A stretch of DNA of 64,000 nt, taken from the IMG/VR virus record IMGVR_UViG_3300050821_019438. One strand, written 5' to 3'. Position numbers and translations under genes: made by a program. The notes beneath the pieces were generated by a model. That model did no database searches. It was not told the DNA's origin and saw only the letters and a list, made by a program, of their open reading frames with translations. This DNA is from an uncultured virus (IMG/VR IMGVR_UViG_3300050821_019438) (Duplodnaviria > Heunggongvirae > Uroviricota > Caudoviricetes). Below, piece by piece: positions 1-9,507 of this stretch. Positions within the stretch are counted from its first letter, which is position 1, and every line of letters starts with the position of its first letter.

Positions 1-360
1 CCACGAGCCCGGTTGTGAATGCCCACTTCCTGGACCATACGCAGGCGGACCACTACCCGGCTGCGGATGCCCACTTCCCGGGCCATAAGCCGGCGGTCCA
101 CCTCCAGCGGCGTGCTTTCCTGCGTGTCCGTGACTCGCGCGCCCGCTCCGCGCGCCACGACCCAAAGCACCGAGACCGGTCCAAGATGCCGGGACGTGAA
201 GCTGCTCTCCGACCGAGAAATCCGAGAAGGTCTTTCCCAGACCCGTTGGCGCCGTCGCCTTGTGCGGGTTCGCCGAAACGAGCTCCGGAAACCGTTGCCA
301 GTTCCCGGTGAGCTTGTGCGCGATTCGTGCCGGCGTGTCGCCGTGTTGGACGGTGTACAT
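1..360 (-). CDS. LysM-like domain virion protein, runs off the left edge (not in ORF track)
   Basis: ATG at 360 after GAGGGAAG reads MYTVQHGDTPARIAHKLTGNWQRFPELVSANPH...VGEQLHVP, paralogous to 848..1540; then two GPPAYGPGSGH(P/S)QPGS repeats. Confidence 0.75.
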   Translation of the reverse strand, partial: MYTVQHGDTPARIAHKLTGNWQRFPELVSANPHKATAPTGLGKTFSDFSVGEQLHVPASWTGLGALGRGARSGRASHGHAGKHAAGGGPPAYGPGSGHPQPGSGPPAYGPGSGHSQPGSW

Positions 361-389
361 GGGCTTCCCTCAGACGTGACTTGCCGTGA

Positions 390-836
390 TTACCTGCTGC
401 GGCGCGCGTACGCGCGGTGAGAAGACCGACTCGAGCGCGACCGACCTCCACCTCCCTGAACGGTCTTGCGGTGCGCGAAGTACGCAACGGCCGCGATTCC
501 ACCGATGACCGCGACGGCGCCAAGGATGAGCGGCGTGTTGCCCGTCGTCAGTGACGAGAGAACTGAAGAGACCGTTGTCCCGGTGGTCGACGAGGACGGA
601 CCGAGAGCACTGCCACCGCCTCCGCCTCCTCCACCTCCAGTGAACGTGACGGTGCCCGCTCCGGAATCGCCGGGCGCACCAGGCTCGCCTGTCGCCGGAT
701 TGATGAGACCGGTCGCCGGATCGACTTCGGAGAGCGAGTTGGTCGGGTCGCCGCTAGTGACGCTCGCGCCGCCGCCGAGGGGATCCTGTCCGAGGCCGAG
801 CCCCGTGAGAGAGTAGTGAAACGCCGGATCGTTCAT
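390..836 (-). CDS. Small membrane-anchored virion protein
   Basis: Start MNDPAF; N-terminal LTGLGLGQ, Gly/Ser/Thr linker, C-terminal TM (LILGAVAVIGGIAAVAYF) and Arg-rich tail. Confidence 0.7.
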   Translation of the reverse strand: MNDPAFHYSLTGLGLGQDPLGGGASVTSGDPTNSLSEVDPATGLINPATGEPGAPGDSGAGTVTFTGGGGGGGGGSALGPSSSTTGTTVSSVLSSLTTGNTPLILGAVAVIGGIAAVAYFAHRKTVQGGGGRSRSSRSSHRAYARRSR

Positions 837-847
837 GGTCTTTTTCC

Positions 848-1540
848 TCACCTATTCGTGATTACGTATGCCAGCCCGAATCCGGCTGCGATGCTGATGG
901 CTCCCACGGCAAGCGGCACGCCCCATCCTGAAAGCGCGTCGCCGATCGTCGAAGCGGTCGTCGTTGCGGTTGCAGCCTGTCCGAATCCCACTGGAAAGCT
1001 CGTGCTCCCGGGAATGGACGGCTGCGCCTTCGGTGCCGAGCACGGCGGCATCTGCACCGCGCACTTCGCGCCTTCGCAGGCTTCGCACGATCCACCTGAC
1101 GCGCAGCTGTTGCAACACGGCTTGCCTGTTCTCGACTGTCCCACGCCTTCACCCACGCGCTGCGCGGCCGGCACGCCGCGGTGGCCCATGATCGTGAGAA
1201 TGGGCTCGACGCCGTGGCCGCTATCGTCACCACCGCCGTCTGCCCCCGCTCGAGGACGCACCGCGTAGGCCGGCGCCGGCTGCGGGTACGCGTGTCCCGC
1301 GACGCCCGTCTGGCGTGACGGTCTCGTTAGGGACGCCCGGGACTCCCACGCCGGGGGTACCGTGAGGTGCTCGCCGACGTGAAGCTCTCGAAACGTAGGA
1401 ATCTGACCGAGCCCGACGCGCGCCGAGACAGAGGACTTGTGCGCGTTCGCGCGCACGAGCTCACCCATGCGTCCGGCGTTCCCGGTCAGCTTCTGGGCGA
1501 TCACCATCGGCGTGTCGCCTGGCTGAACGACGTAGATCAT
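848..1540 (-). CDS. LysM-like domain membrane-anchored virion protein
   Basis: Likely start MIYVVQPGDTPMVIAQKLTG at 1540 (ATGA overlap); LysM-like YxVxxGDT...LxVP pattern; Cys cluster CCNSCASGGSCEACEGAKC; C-terminal TM. Confidence 0.75.
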   Translation of the reverse strand: MIYVVQPGDTPMVIAQKLTGNAGRMGELVRANAHKSSVSARVGLGQIPTFRELHVGEHLTVPPAWESRASLTRPSRQTGVAGHAYPQPAPAYAVRPRAGADGGGDDSGHGVEPILTIMGHRGVPAAQRVGEGVGQSRTGKPCCNSCASGGSCEACEGAKCAVQMPPCSAPKAQPSIPGSTSFPVGFGQAATATTTASTIGDALSGWGVPLAVGAISIAAGFGLAYVITNR

Positions 1541-2733
1541 GTTCCAGGGCCTCCATTGCCGTCTCTCCATCTCGCGAGACGTCGAAGAGCTCTCGTAGAA
1601 GCCGTGTCTTCCACATTCTTCGGGAAGGTTCCGAGGCCCGCTCCTCGTTCCGGAAGAGGCAAAGGCACATTTCCGTGCTTGACTCTCCACTGCCGAGTCA
1701 GCCGACCGATCGTTGCCTTCGACGTGTCGGTCGAAACGGAAGGCAGACCCGACAAACGAGACGACGCGTTCGGGTGCGGAGGTGACGCCGGGCGCTTGGG
1801 CTGCGGCTCGCCAGATTGACCGCCTTCGGGCAAGCACGCGTTGTACGCGCTCGTGTCCTCGGCGCTGCGGCGCATCGTGTTGTCACCGACCTCGGTCGTG
1901 TCGCGCGTGAGTCGGTCGCCGTCGCCCGGACGTCGGTATGTCTTCGGCGCTCCGGTCGGTGCCTGCTCTTCCATCTCGAAGATGAGCGCACCGGCGATGC
2001 GGCCGTAGACAGATCCGGGATAGTTCTGCACGAACGCGTCCTCGGGCGTCGTGCCCTGCGTCGTGAGAAACTGAATGGCTCCTCCTCCAGACGCGGGCGG
2101 GGGCGCCGGGCGCGTGCCGGGAGCCGTTTGCTGCACGCTCGCCATGAAAACGATGTTGCACGGGCCCTCGAACGGAATGTCACAAGCCGACGGCTCGCTC
2201 CAATCCGTGCAACGCAGATCGAAGAAGCGACCGAGCTCAGGAGTCAGCACGTTGCCAGGAAACGCACCACCATACGGCGGCGTGACGATGTTGCCGACGA
2301 TGGTCTCGAAGAGCTGAGCCGGCGTCTGCGTCACTTCGAATGCGATGCCCTCTCCGTTCAACGGGTTCGCAAGCACCATGGCTCCCGGCGGAAGCTTTCG
2401 AATCCCCCAGAGCACGTTGCCGTCCACGTAGCTCCACGTCGGCGTCACCACCGGTCGCTCGAGTGGGAAGTTGTACGCGCCTGCCCCGGCACCTAGCGCG
2501 ATGCTGTCGAGAAGCGTCAGGTACTGGCGAAACCCTACCAACCGCCCGCGTTGCCCTACGTTGAAATATTTCGCGCAGAGCACGAAGAGCTGCCGCTGGG
2601 TCGGGATCTGCGGCCCACCGTTGACCCCGATGAAGAGGCCAAGGTCGTACGGACCACCGAGAGGATCGGACCCGACAAGCTGCCGGTTCGGATTCAGCCC
2701 GACGGTGACTATTTCGATTCGGCCTCGCCGCAC
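1537..2733 (-). CDS. Putative virion structural protein (beta-rich)
   Basis: 398-aa ORF in the capsid operon with alternating hydrophobic segments; function not recognised. Confidence 0.6.
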   Translation of the reverse strand: MRRGRIEIVTVGLNPNRQLVGSDPLGGPYDLGLFIGVNGGPQIPTQRQLFVLCAKYFNVGQRGRLVGFRQYLTLLDSIALGAGAGAYNFPLERPVVTPTWSYVDGNVLWGIRKLPPGAMVLANPLNGEGIAFEVTQTPAQLFETIVGNIVTPPYGGAFPGNVLTPELGRFFDLRCTDWSEPSACDIPFEGPCNIVFMASVQQTAPGTRPAPPPASGGGAIQFLTTQGTTPEDAFVQNYPGSVYGRIAGALIFEMEEQAPTGAPKTYRRPGDGDRLTRDTTEVGDNTMRRSAEDTSAYNACLPEGGQSGEPQPKRPASPPHPNASSRLSGLPSVSTDTSKATIGRLTRQWRVKHGNVPLPLPERGAGLGTFPKNVEDTASTRALRRLARWRDGNGGPGT

Positions 2734-2748
2734 GAAGTGCCTCCTATC

Positions 2749-3354
2749 TTAGGGGCACTCCACTGCCGGGGGGACCCAGAAGCCGAGCTCGCGAAGCTTG
2801 CAGGCAGCAACGTCCACACTGATCTCGTCCACAGTGTGATCGAGGAACTGCCACCCGTTGAACGTAAGTACACAGTTGTACGGGGGCGCATTGGGCTCGC
2901 TCGCCGGGAACGCCTGCGTGAGCATGAACTCGATCTCGATGTTCTGTTGCTTGTAGAGCGGCCACCCGCTCACCCAGCGCGACGAGATGAGGTTCACGAA
3001 GTTGTTGAGCGGCGTGAAATTCGGCGAGACGAGGTAGCGCGGTCCCGAGTGCACCGTGCAGAGCACCGAGATGCCTGGTGCCTGGCGCAGGTACGCGTCG
3101 TACTGCGTCTTGAAGATGTTGCCTGCGAAGACGTTCGGCTGCTGGAGGTCGTACTGGAGATTGTCGATCCAGGTTCGCTGCGCGATCGTCGTGTCGAGGC
3201 CGGCTTCGATGGGGAGCTGCCCCAGAGCCGCAGAGGAGAATGAACCCGATGCGTTGATCGAGATGGGAATCCGAGGAATCCCGAGGACGATACCGTACGC
3301 CGCGATCGGGTCCATGACCGCGAGGTCTTGAATGTACTGCGGCTTCGGTTCCAT
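2749..3354 (-). CDS. Putative minor capsid protein (single jelly-roll-sized, beta-rich)
   Basis: 201 aa, strong RBS (AAAGGAGG), directly downstream of the putative MCP; fold is inferred. Confidence 0.5.
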   Translation of the reverse strand: MEPKPQYIQDLAVMDPIAAYGIVLGIPRIPISINASGSFSSAALGQLPIEAGLDTTIAQRTWIDNLQYDLQQPNVFAGNIFKTQYDAYLRQAPGISVLCTVHSGPRYLVSPNFTPLNNFVNLISSRWVSGWPLYKQQNIEIEFMLTQAFPASEPNAPPYNCVLTFNGWQFLDHTVDEISVDVAACKLRELGFWVPPAVECP

Positions 3355-3420
3355 GTTCGTCCTCCTTTCCCTCTGACTGTCTCGTGAAGCGAAAGCTACG
3401 AAAGCAAGGATGCCCCGAAG

Positions 3421-3458
3421 CCACCCGGCCCTCCCTCCTAGGAGGAGAAGCCGGGTAG
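3421..3458 (-). other. Stem-loop after the capsid gene (terminator or RNA-processing signal); twin at 25811..25848
   Basis: Minus-strand CUACCCGGC-U-UCUCC...GGGAGGGCCGGGUGG, 15 nt after the MCP stop; no clear U-tract. Confidence 0.6.
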
Positions 3459-3473
3459 CTCAGGAGCCTACGA

Positions 3474-4715
3474 TCAGCCGCCCGCCGACTGCGCGGTCCC
3501 GACCACGCCCGCGGGGACGAGGTGGTTCAGGATGTACTGCTTCCAGGGTCCCCAGATCTCGAAGCCCTTGATGAGGATGGCGAGCTGGAGCGCGCCGCCC
3601 TTCATGAGGACTCGGTCGGTCTGGACGGCCTTGTTGACCAGGATGGTCGTCGGCTCGGCCGTGTCCGCGAACGACAGCTCGGCGATGGTCACCGCCGTGA
3701 GCCCATCGACCGTCGAGCTGATCGGCATCACCGTGTGGGTCGCGCCGAGGCCATGGTCGTTGTTGCTCAGGTACTGCTTCATGAGCGTCTGGTGGTACTC
3801 GTCCTGCGCCTTGAGCACCATCCCGATGGGGATGCCGCGCTCGAGCAGCACCGGCTTGAACAGCTTCCGGAACGGCTGGAGCATGCCCGTCATCCCCTGC
3901 GTGCGGAGACCGCCGTAGGTGACGTCGAGCAGATCGTACGCGCGAGTCGGGTGAAACACGCCCGTGCTCGTCGCGCCGCCGGTCGTGACCGACCCGATGC
4001 GCTGCGAGTTGATCGGCAGGAACGTGCCGGGATCCGCGATGGGCGCACCCTGGTACTTGTTGTTCACGCGGTCGACGTACCGCTGGAACGCCTGCTGCGA
4101 AGAGCCCGCGGCGACTGCCTCGGCGTACGAGCCGAAGTAGCTCACGTCCGCCGCCAGCTCCGAGATCAGCAGGTAGCGCTGCTGCATGATCCACTGAAAC
4201 TGATACGCATTCATCAAATGCCACAAGGCATTTTGTGCGCAGACACCCCACTCGAGCTCGGCCGGCGTCATCGTCTGAGGACCGGTGAGACCGAGGCCAG
4301 CGAGATCGTCCGTCGCGAACGAGTCGGGCGAGTTCGGGATCGCGCCAGGCGCCGGCTGGAAGTTGACGTAGTTGCCGATCTGCGTGCCCTGCTGGGGCTC
4401 GGCGAACCCGTGAACGCCGAAGCCGATCACGAGCATGTCGACTTGCAGGATGCCGTTGATGACGAACGAGCTGTCGACGTCCTGGACCCCGGGCACTGCC
4501 TTGGGGTTCTGGAGCACGTCGATCTCGTCACCGAACGTCCCGTCGATGAACGCATCGGCGACGGGCAGATCGATCGTCCACGTCACGTACTCAATGACTG
4601 GTACCTGGGTAAATCCGCACGTCAAAACGCTGTTGACGACGTTGTCGGAGGGAGCCGCTCCGAGTCCCACCATGCGGCTGGGATTCTCGAGCTTGTGCAT
4701 GCCTGAGCTTTTCAT
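3474..4715 (-). CDS. Putative major capsid protein (double jelly-roll candidate)
   Basis: 413 aa, strong C/G3 codon bias, RBS CAGGAG, beta-strand-rich, sits after a basic membrane protein and before a hairpin; N-terminal ENP and MVGLG motifs; no HK97 features recognised; fold unverified. Confidence 0.55.
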   Translation of the reverse strand: MKSSGMHKLENPSRMVGLGAAPSDNVVNSVLTCGFTQVPVIEYVTWTIDLPVADAFIDGTFGDEIDVLQNPKAVPGVQDVDSSFVINGILQVDMLVIGFGVHGFAEPQQGTQIGNYVNFQPAPGAIPNSPDSFATDDLAGLGLTGPQTMTPAELEWGVCAQNALWHLMNAYQFQWIMQQRYLLISELAADVSYFGSYAEAVAAGSSQQAFQRYVDRVNNKYQGAPIADPGTFLPINSQRIGSVTTGGATSTGVFHPTRAYDLLDVTYGGLRTQGMTGMLQPFRKLFKPVLLERGIPIGMVLKAQDEYHQTLMKQYLSNNDHGLGATHTVMPISSTVDGLTAVTIAELSFADTAEPTTILVNKAVQTDRVLMKGGALQLAILIKGFEIWGPWKQYILNHLVPAGVVGTAQSAGG

Positions 4716-4803
4716 CTGTTTCTCCTGCGCCTGCGGGAGACCCGCATTCGCATGATTGGTTTCGAGGCGTTTGACTACCGAGGCGAACTACGAACTACGA
4801 ACT

Positions 4804-6495
4804 TCAGTCCTCCGGGAACGAGGCGTACATCCCGAAGCCCTTGGGGAGAGCTCCGAGGCACGACTCGTCTCGAATGGCTGCCATCGCGGCAGCGTGCGTG
4901 GCGGCGATGCCGCCCGAGGTGCTCGTGCAAGGAGCACACTGGGGACCCGTGCTGGGACCGCCGGGAAGAACGGTTCCGGGCGGCGCAGACGCCACGACGT
5001 CACCCGTGTTCGTGGCGATTCCGAGCGGGTGATGCAGAGGATGCGCCGGATGTCCGACCGGAATGGTCGGAAGTCCGCCCGGCACGTAGACCGACGGAGG
5101 CGTACTGCCGCCCGGCAATCCCGGAGGAGCCTGTCCCGGTCCGCCAGGCGAGAACGGCGCCTGGTTCGGCTGAGGGAACGGGAGCACAGCCGACGGAGGA
5201 GCGTTGTTCAGAGGCGCCACCATCGTGGACACCGCCTGACCAACACCTGCGCGCGGTCCGGGGTCCCGAAGTGCCGGTCGACGACCGACACCGCGGGGAA
5301 GACCCGCCGTGCCTGTCGGCGCCGCTGCCGCGGTGCCGGCTGCCGGAGTGGCTGCCGTCACCGCTGCCTGCGCTTCGACCTCGGCGAGGTAGAGCTGCTG
5401 ACCGAGCGCCGTCGAACCGATCATGGAGGCCATGACCGACTTGAACAGGTTGCCGAACAGAGCCGCACCTGCACCGAGCATCGCTCCCTGAAGAGCCGCG
5501 CGGCCCCACGGAGAGTCGACGAACGCCGCTGCGATCCCGGGCACCGCGGCGATCCCGAACTGGGCCGCCATGGACTGCCATGAGGGAAACGCTGCGGTCG
5601 CGACGTCGTTCGGAACGACCTGCGTACCGCCGGGCGGCAAGCTGTTCGCCGGCTGACCGGCCGCGACGGCCGTCGTCGACATGTACCGTCCGACGAAGTC
5701 CGCGAGACCGTAGCCGAGGATGCCGGTGATGCCGACGAGGACGAGCTCTCCTCCGGAGAGCGGGTTCGAGAGCACATAGCCCTCAGCCCCGATGGTGTCG
5801 TACGCCTCTCGCTCGCTGTACCCGGAACCTCCGCGGGGCGGAAGCCGGTGCGAACGCGGAGTGCGACGCGGGCTCGACCGACGACGGCTCGAGCTGCGAC
5901 GCGCCTTGCGGTGACGACGCCGCGGAGCCGCACGACGAGTGCGACGCGCGTGCGACCGACGAACCGCGTGACGACGCCTGCGCCGCGGAGCCGCGAGGCC
6001 GAGTCGACGACGACGCCGACGGATGCCCTTCAGGGCCGCTTTGCGGTGACGGCGAGGCTGACCCCACCACTCACGTGCACGCGCCCTCTTCCGACGGCGA
6101 CGCGGAGCTGCGCGGCGAACCGCGCGACGCCGACGCCGACGAACCGGAGCGGCGTGGTGACGACGCGCCGCGAGGCGACGCCGACGCCGACGGATGCCCT
6201 TGCGAGCCGCGCGACGGTGACGAATCGGTTGTCCCTTCCAATCGGAAGCCTTCGCCCTGCGACGCCGACGGCGCTTGGGGGCGGCTGCCGCGGGGGCTGC
6301 GGCACGACGCCGACGACGACGACGCGGCGCTGCGGCGGGGGCTGCGGCTCGGCGACGACGCCTGCGCGGCGCTGCGGCAGGAGCTGCGGCCCTGCGACGA
6401 CGGCGACGCGGAGCTGCGGCGGACGACTTCACGAAGTGGCCGCGCTTGTTGCGCTTGCGACCGCGGGCTGCCCGACTTTTCCTTCGGCTCTTCAT
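4804..6495 (-). CDS. Arg-rich protamine-like protein fused to a multi-TM, Pro-rich domain (putative genome-condensing core/membrane protein)
   Basis: Probable start MKSRRK at 6495 after GGGAG (frame open to 6840); repeats of RRRRRRAAAPAAAP; SNP motif followed by hydrophobic helices. Confidence 0.7.
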   Translation of the reverse strand: MKSRRKSRAARGRKRNKRGHFVKSSAAAPRRRRRRAAAPAAAPRRRRRRAAAPAAAPRRRRRRRAAAPAAAAPKRRRRRRAKASDWKGQPIRHRRAARKGIRRRRRRLAARRHHAAPVRRRRRRAVRRAAPRRRRKRARAREWWGQPRRHRKAALKGIRRRRRRLGLAAPRRRRRHAVRRSHARRTRRAAPRRRHRKARRSSSRRRSSPRRTPRSHRLPPRGGSGYSEREAYDTIGAEGYVLSNPLSGGELVLVGITGILGYGLADFVGRYMSTTAVAAGQPANSLPPGGTQVVPNDVATAAFPSWQSMAAQFGIAAVPGIAAAFVDSPWGRAALQGAMLGAGAALFGNLFKSVMASMIGSTALGQQLYLAEVEAQAAVTAATPAAGTAAAAPTGTAGLPRGVGRRPALRDPGPRAGVGQAVSTMVAPLNNAPPSAVLPFPQPNQAPFSPGGPGQAPPGLPGGSTPPSVYVPGGLPTIPVGHPAHPLHHPLGIATNTGDVVASAPPGTVLPGGPSTGPQCAPCTSTSGGIAATHAAAMAAIRDESCLGALPKGFGMYASFPED

Positions 6496-7005
6496 TGAGA
6501 CATTCTCCCTAGTGGAAAATCGCGGCACTTTGGCCGACTTCGAAACGGTAACGAAGTAGCCGGATCTCGTCAAACGCCTTACGTGATTGGCAGTCTTCGA
6601 ACGTGGTTTACGACCGCGCGAATAGCGATGGATCACCGAGGATTTGGCTCTAGAACGCTTCGTAAGCCTCTTGGGACTTTTCGGCTTACGTCGGACTGTA
6701 ATACGCGTGTGTGCAACGCTTTTTCGGACTCCGTTAGTCCGTTTTGCACACACCGGTATTACAGAACCAGCTTCGTCATCGTCTTGCGAACGAAACGCGT
6801 TCATACGCGCCGCATAGTCCGCACCTAGTCGCTTGGGCATCCACTACGGATACGCTCAAGCTCTCGAGGCGACAAGTTGAGCCTCTGCTCAACTCGACGC
6901 GACGAGGTCAAAAGTCGCTGGAACCGTGAAGTAGTCTCGTCTTCGCGAATCCGATCGCACAAGATCGAATCCAAGCGGAAGCAGACAACTTGTCCTTCAC
7001 AGCAA

Positions 7006-7155
7006 CTACCGTAATTCGCTCCTCGAGTGGTCGCCTCGAAGCATGTCGCCCTTGATGACGGAGAGCTTGCCCTCCACCTCGCGCTTACGTACCAGCGCGG
7101 CGGGACCGTCAAGAGAAAGTACCTTCTCGATGATGTCGGTGGTAGCTTGAGTCAT
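7006..7155 (-). CDS. 49-aa hypothetical protein (below ORF track cutoff)
   Basis: MTQATTDIIEKVLSLDG... with GGAGGT RBS. Confidence 0.5.
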   Translation of the reverse strand: MTQATTDIIEKVLSLDGPAALVRKREVEGKLSVIKGDMLRGDHSRSELR

Positions 7156-7256
7156 CGGATTTACCTCCGGTCACGACCTCAGGGTGCTTGGTAGGCACCG
7201 CTGGGGTCTTTCAATTCCTAGACTAACTCGTCGAACCTGCTCTGTCTACCGACCCG

Positions 7257-7703
7257 TCACGGAAACACGTACCCGCGGTCGTCGACGATGCAGCCATTCC
7301 CGAGTGACAACTTGTAGAGGCGCCCGTTCTTGTAGAGCGTGGGCTGACGCGACTTGAACGGATGATGGAAGCCGCCTGGAGCGCGCTTGCCCTTACGCAC
7401 GTAAAGAATCTGCGCAACGTCGCCGACTTTCTTCCAACCATCCTTCGGAATCTTCGGGAGCGTCGCGAGTACGGCTTCGTAGTCCGCACCGAAGTAGCGC
7501 CGGTGCGATCGAGTCATCTCGACCGGGCGCCGCGTCTTCTTGAAGGGCCCGAAGAAGACATCGCACTTCGGAAGAACTTTGCCCTCCTGGTCGTGAATCG
7601 TGCCGTAGGAGCTCGGAAGCCGAATGGTCTTGCCGCTGACCATCTCGAAGGCCACACGATCCGACTCGACACGAATGGACGGCGTGTCGTCACTCATGAC
7701 CAC
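7257..7703 (-). CDS. Basic hypothetical protein
   Basis: 148 aa, GGAGG RBS, globular composition. Confidence 0.65.
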   Translation of the reverse strand: MVMSDDTPSIRVESDRVAFEMVSGKTIRLPSSYGTIHDQEGKVLPKCDVFFGPFKKTRRPVEMTRSHRRYFGADYEAVLATLPKIPKDGWKKVGDVAQILYVRKGKRAPGGFHHPFKSRQPTLYKNGRLYKLSLGNGCIVDDRGYVFP

Positions 7704-7776
7704 GCACCTCCACGCGACAACCCAGGCTCAGCATCACTAGCTGAGCCCGGGGAGTCCCATGTGAACCACCGCCGCA

Positions 7777-8079
7777 TCAGATCGCCGCGAGATTCGACGC
7801 GTAAGGCTGGAAGATGCTGGGCAGGTTCATGACTGCCTGCTGTCCGGCCGGCGTCTGAAGCCACGCCTGCTCGTTTGCAGTCACCGGCGTCGAGCCTGCG
7901 GGCAGCGTCGCGGCGTACGCGGCATTGAGCTGGGACGCCTCGTAGATCGTGTACACGATCCCGGCGGCGGTGAGAGTCCCGAGACCGATGAGCAACCACT
8001 CGATGCCGGTCGGGTTCTCTTTGCCGTAAGCGCGGGCGCTGCTGAACCGGCGGTGGGACCGGCGATGATGTCTTCGCAT
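7777..8079 (-). CDS. Small membrane protein: Arg-rich leader, NP motif, TM
   Basis: MRRHHRRSHRR...KENPTGIEWLLIGLGTLTAAGIVY. Confidence 0.7.
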   Translation of the reverse strand: MRRHHRRSHRRFSSARAYGKENPTGIEWLLIGLGTLTAAGIVYTIYEASQLNAAYAATLPAGSTPVTANEQAWLQTPAGQQAVMNLPSIFQPYASNLAAI

Positions 8080-8115
8080 GGGAATCTCCTGTTGGGTTGA
8101 GACGAAAGTACGCGG

Positions 8116-9504
8116 TTAGCCACCAGCTGTCGAGGCGGTACCTACGACACCAGCTGGGACGAGATCATTTAGCGTGTAGTAAGCGAACCAATATCCCGGC
8201 GCCGTCTCCTTCCAGCCTCCCTCAATCATCGCCTTGGTCACGAACGCTGAGTTCGACGCCAAGTAAAATGAGGGGGCTTCAATTGTCGGTCCAACAGTAT
8301 GACTGGTAGCTCCACCGAAGTGAGCAACCTGAACCTGCGCACTTCCGATTGGATACCAAACCCAAACGTTCGTCTGCTGTCCGTTTCGCGTCGTGGTTCC
8401 GATTTTCTTCCACTGCCCAACAGCATGAACGTTGCCAGGACATGTCGTCGACACTGGCGAACCCGTCCCGTCCGAACGCCAGTACCCCTTCGCCATGTCG
8501 AACACCGGCGTCGACGCGTAGTAGTTCTGGTCGCCGCTCTTCTGCGCCACCATATGCTGCGCGCTCGAGGACGACACCAGCTTCGCCTGCTGAATCGCCG
8601 TCGGCTTCACGGGCACTGCTCCCACCCCGCGCACCATCTGCTGCGCGAACGCGTAGTCCTTCGCCTCTTGTACGGGAGTGCCGTCGGGAAAGCACGGTAG
8701 CCCTCTCTCGAGCCCGACAGGCACGTAAGAAGCGCAGTCAGCGCCTTGAGCGAAAGCGTGATTCATCGGGAAGACGCCGACGCCGGTCGGCTCTGGTTGC
8801 ACGGGCACCGCGCCTACTCCGATGAAGTCGCCGTGGTCCGGTTCTTTGCCCATGGTCGTCGGAGCTCCGTTGGCTGAGGAAGACATCGTGCCGCTGATGG
8901 GGTCCATCCACCATTCCTTGGTGGCCGGATAGGATTCGTCGACTCCGTATTTCTCGGACGATGGGTCGACCTTCATCCAATTACCGTTCTCGCTGAGTAC
9001 GGCACAGATGACGTGGGTCGCTTGCGTCGTTCCGTACGCCTGACCCACGATTCGCGTTTCGATACCGATGCTCAACATCGCTGACGCGAATGCGATACAG
9101 CGGTCGTCGCAATCCGCGGCCGGCATGCAGAGGCCGTGCTCGTCCAGGCACAGCGTACGCGCCGGAGTCGCCATGAGCTCGGTGTTGACCGGGTCCTGGA
9201 CGTAGACGGTCCTCTTTCGAATCTCGTTGAGAATGGCCTGCGCCTGTCCCTTGACGGTCTTCGGTTTCCCCGCGGCAATGAGAACTTTCCCGGCGAACGC
9301 GCGCAGTCGTGGATCGTTACGACCATCGCGAATGAACTTCGCCATCTCGTTGAGTGAGTAGTTCGTTCCTTCTGTTCCGGGCGGATGTCGATCTTGAGTG
9401 ACAGGCGTTCCAAGCGCCTTCGCTGCCGCAGACGCGGACGGTGCAAAGCCTTTGCCGAGACCGGCAATCGGGCGCGGGAACGCAGGAACGTCGGAGTCGC
9501 TCAT
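8116..9504 (-). CDS. Transglutaminase-like cysteine enzyme (candidate virion maturation protease) with C-terminal Trp-rich domain
   Basis: DCDD nucleophile motif, THV, and WMKVDPS give the Cys-His-Asp order of the transglutaminase-like superfamily. Confidence 0.8.
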   Translation of the reverse strand: MSDSDVPAFPRPIAGLGKGFAPSASAAAKALGTPVTQDRHPPGTEGTNYSLNEMAKFIRDGRNDPRLRAFAGKVLIAAGKPKTVKGQAQAILNEIRKRTVYVQDPVNTELMATPARTLCLDEHGLCMPAADCDDRCIAFASAMLSIGIETRIVGQAYGTTQATHVICAVLSENGNWMKVDPSSEKYGVDESYPATKEWWMDPISGTMSSSANGAPTTMGKEPDHGDFIGVGAVPVQPEPTGVGVFPMNHAFAQGADCASYVPVGLERGLPCFPDGTPVQEAKDYAFAQQMVRGVGAVPVKPTAIQQAKLVSSSSAQHMVAQKSGDQNYYASTPVFDMAKGYWRSDGTGSPVSTTCPGNVHAVGQWKKIGTTTRNGQQTNVWVWYPIGSAQVQVAHFGGATSHTVGPTIEAPSFYLASNSAFVTKAMIEGGWKETAPGYWFAYYTLNDLVPAGVVGTASTAGG

Positions 9505-9507
9505 GAT

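Noticed and set aside
6496..6840. 115-codon in-frame N-terminal extension of the Arg-rich protein
   Set aside because: Different codon usage and a good RBS before ATG 6495 favour the shorter start; a longer isoform cannot be excluded.
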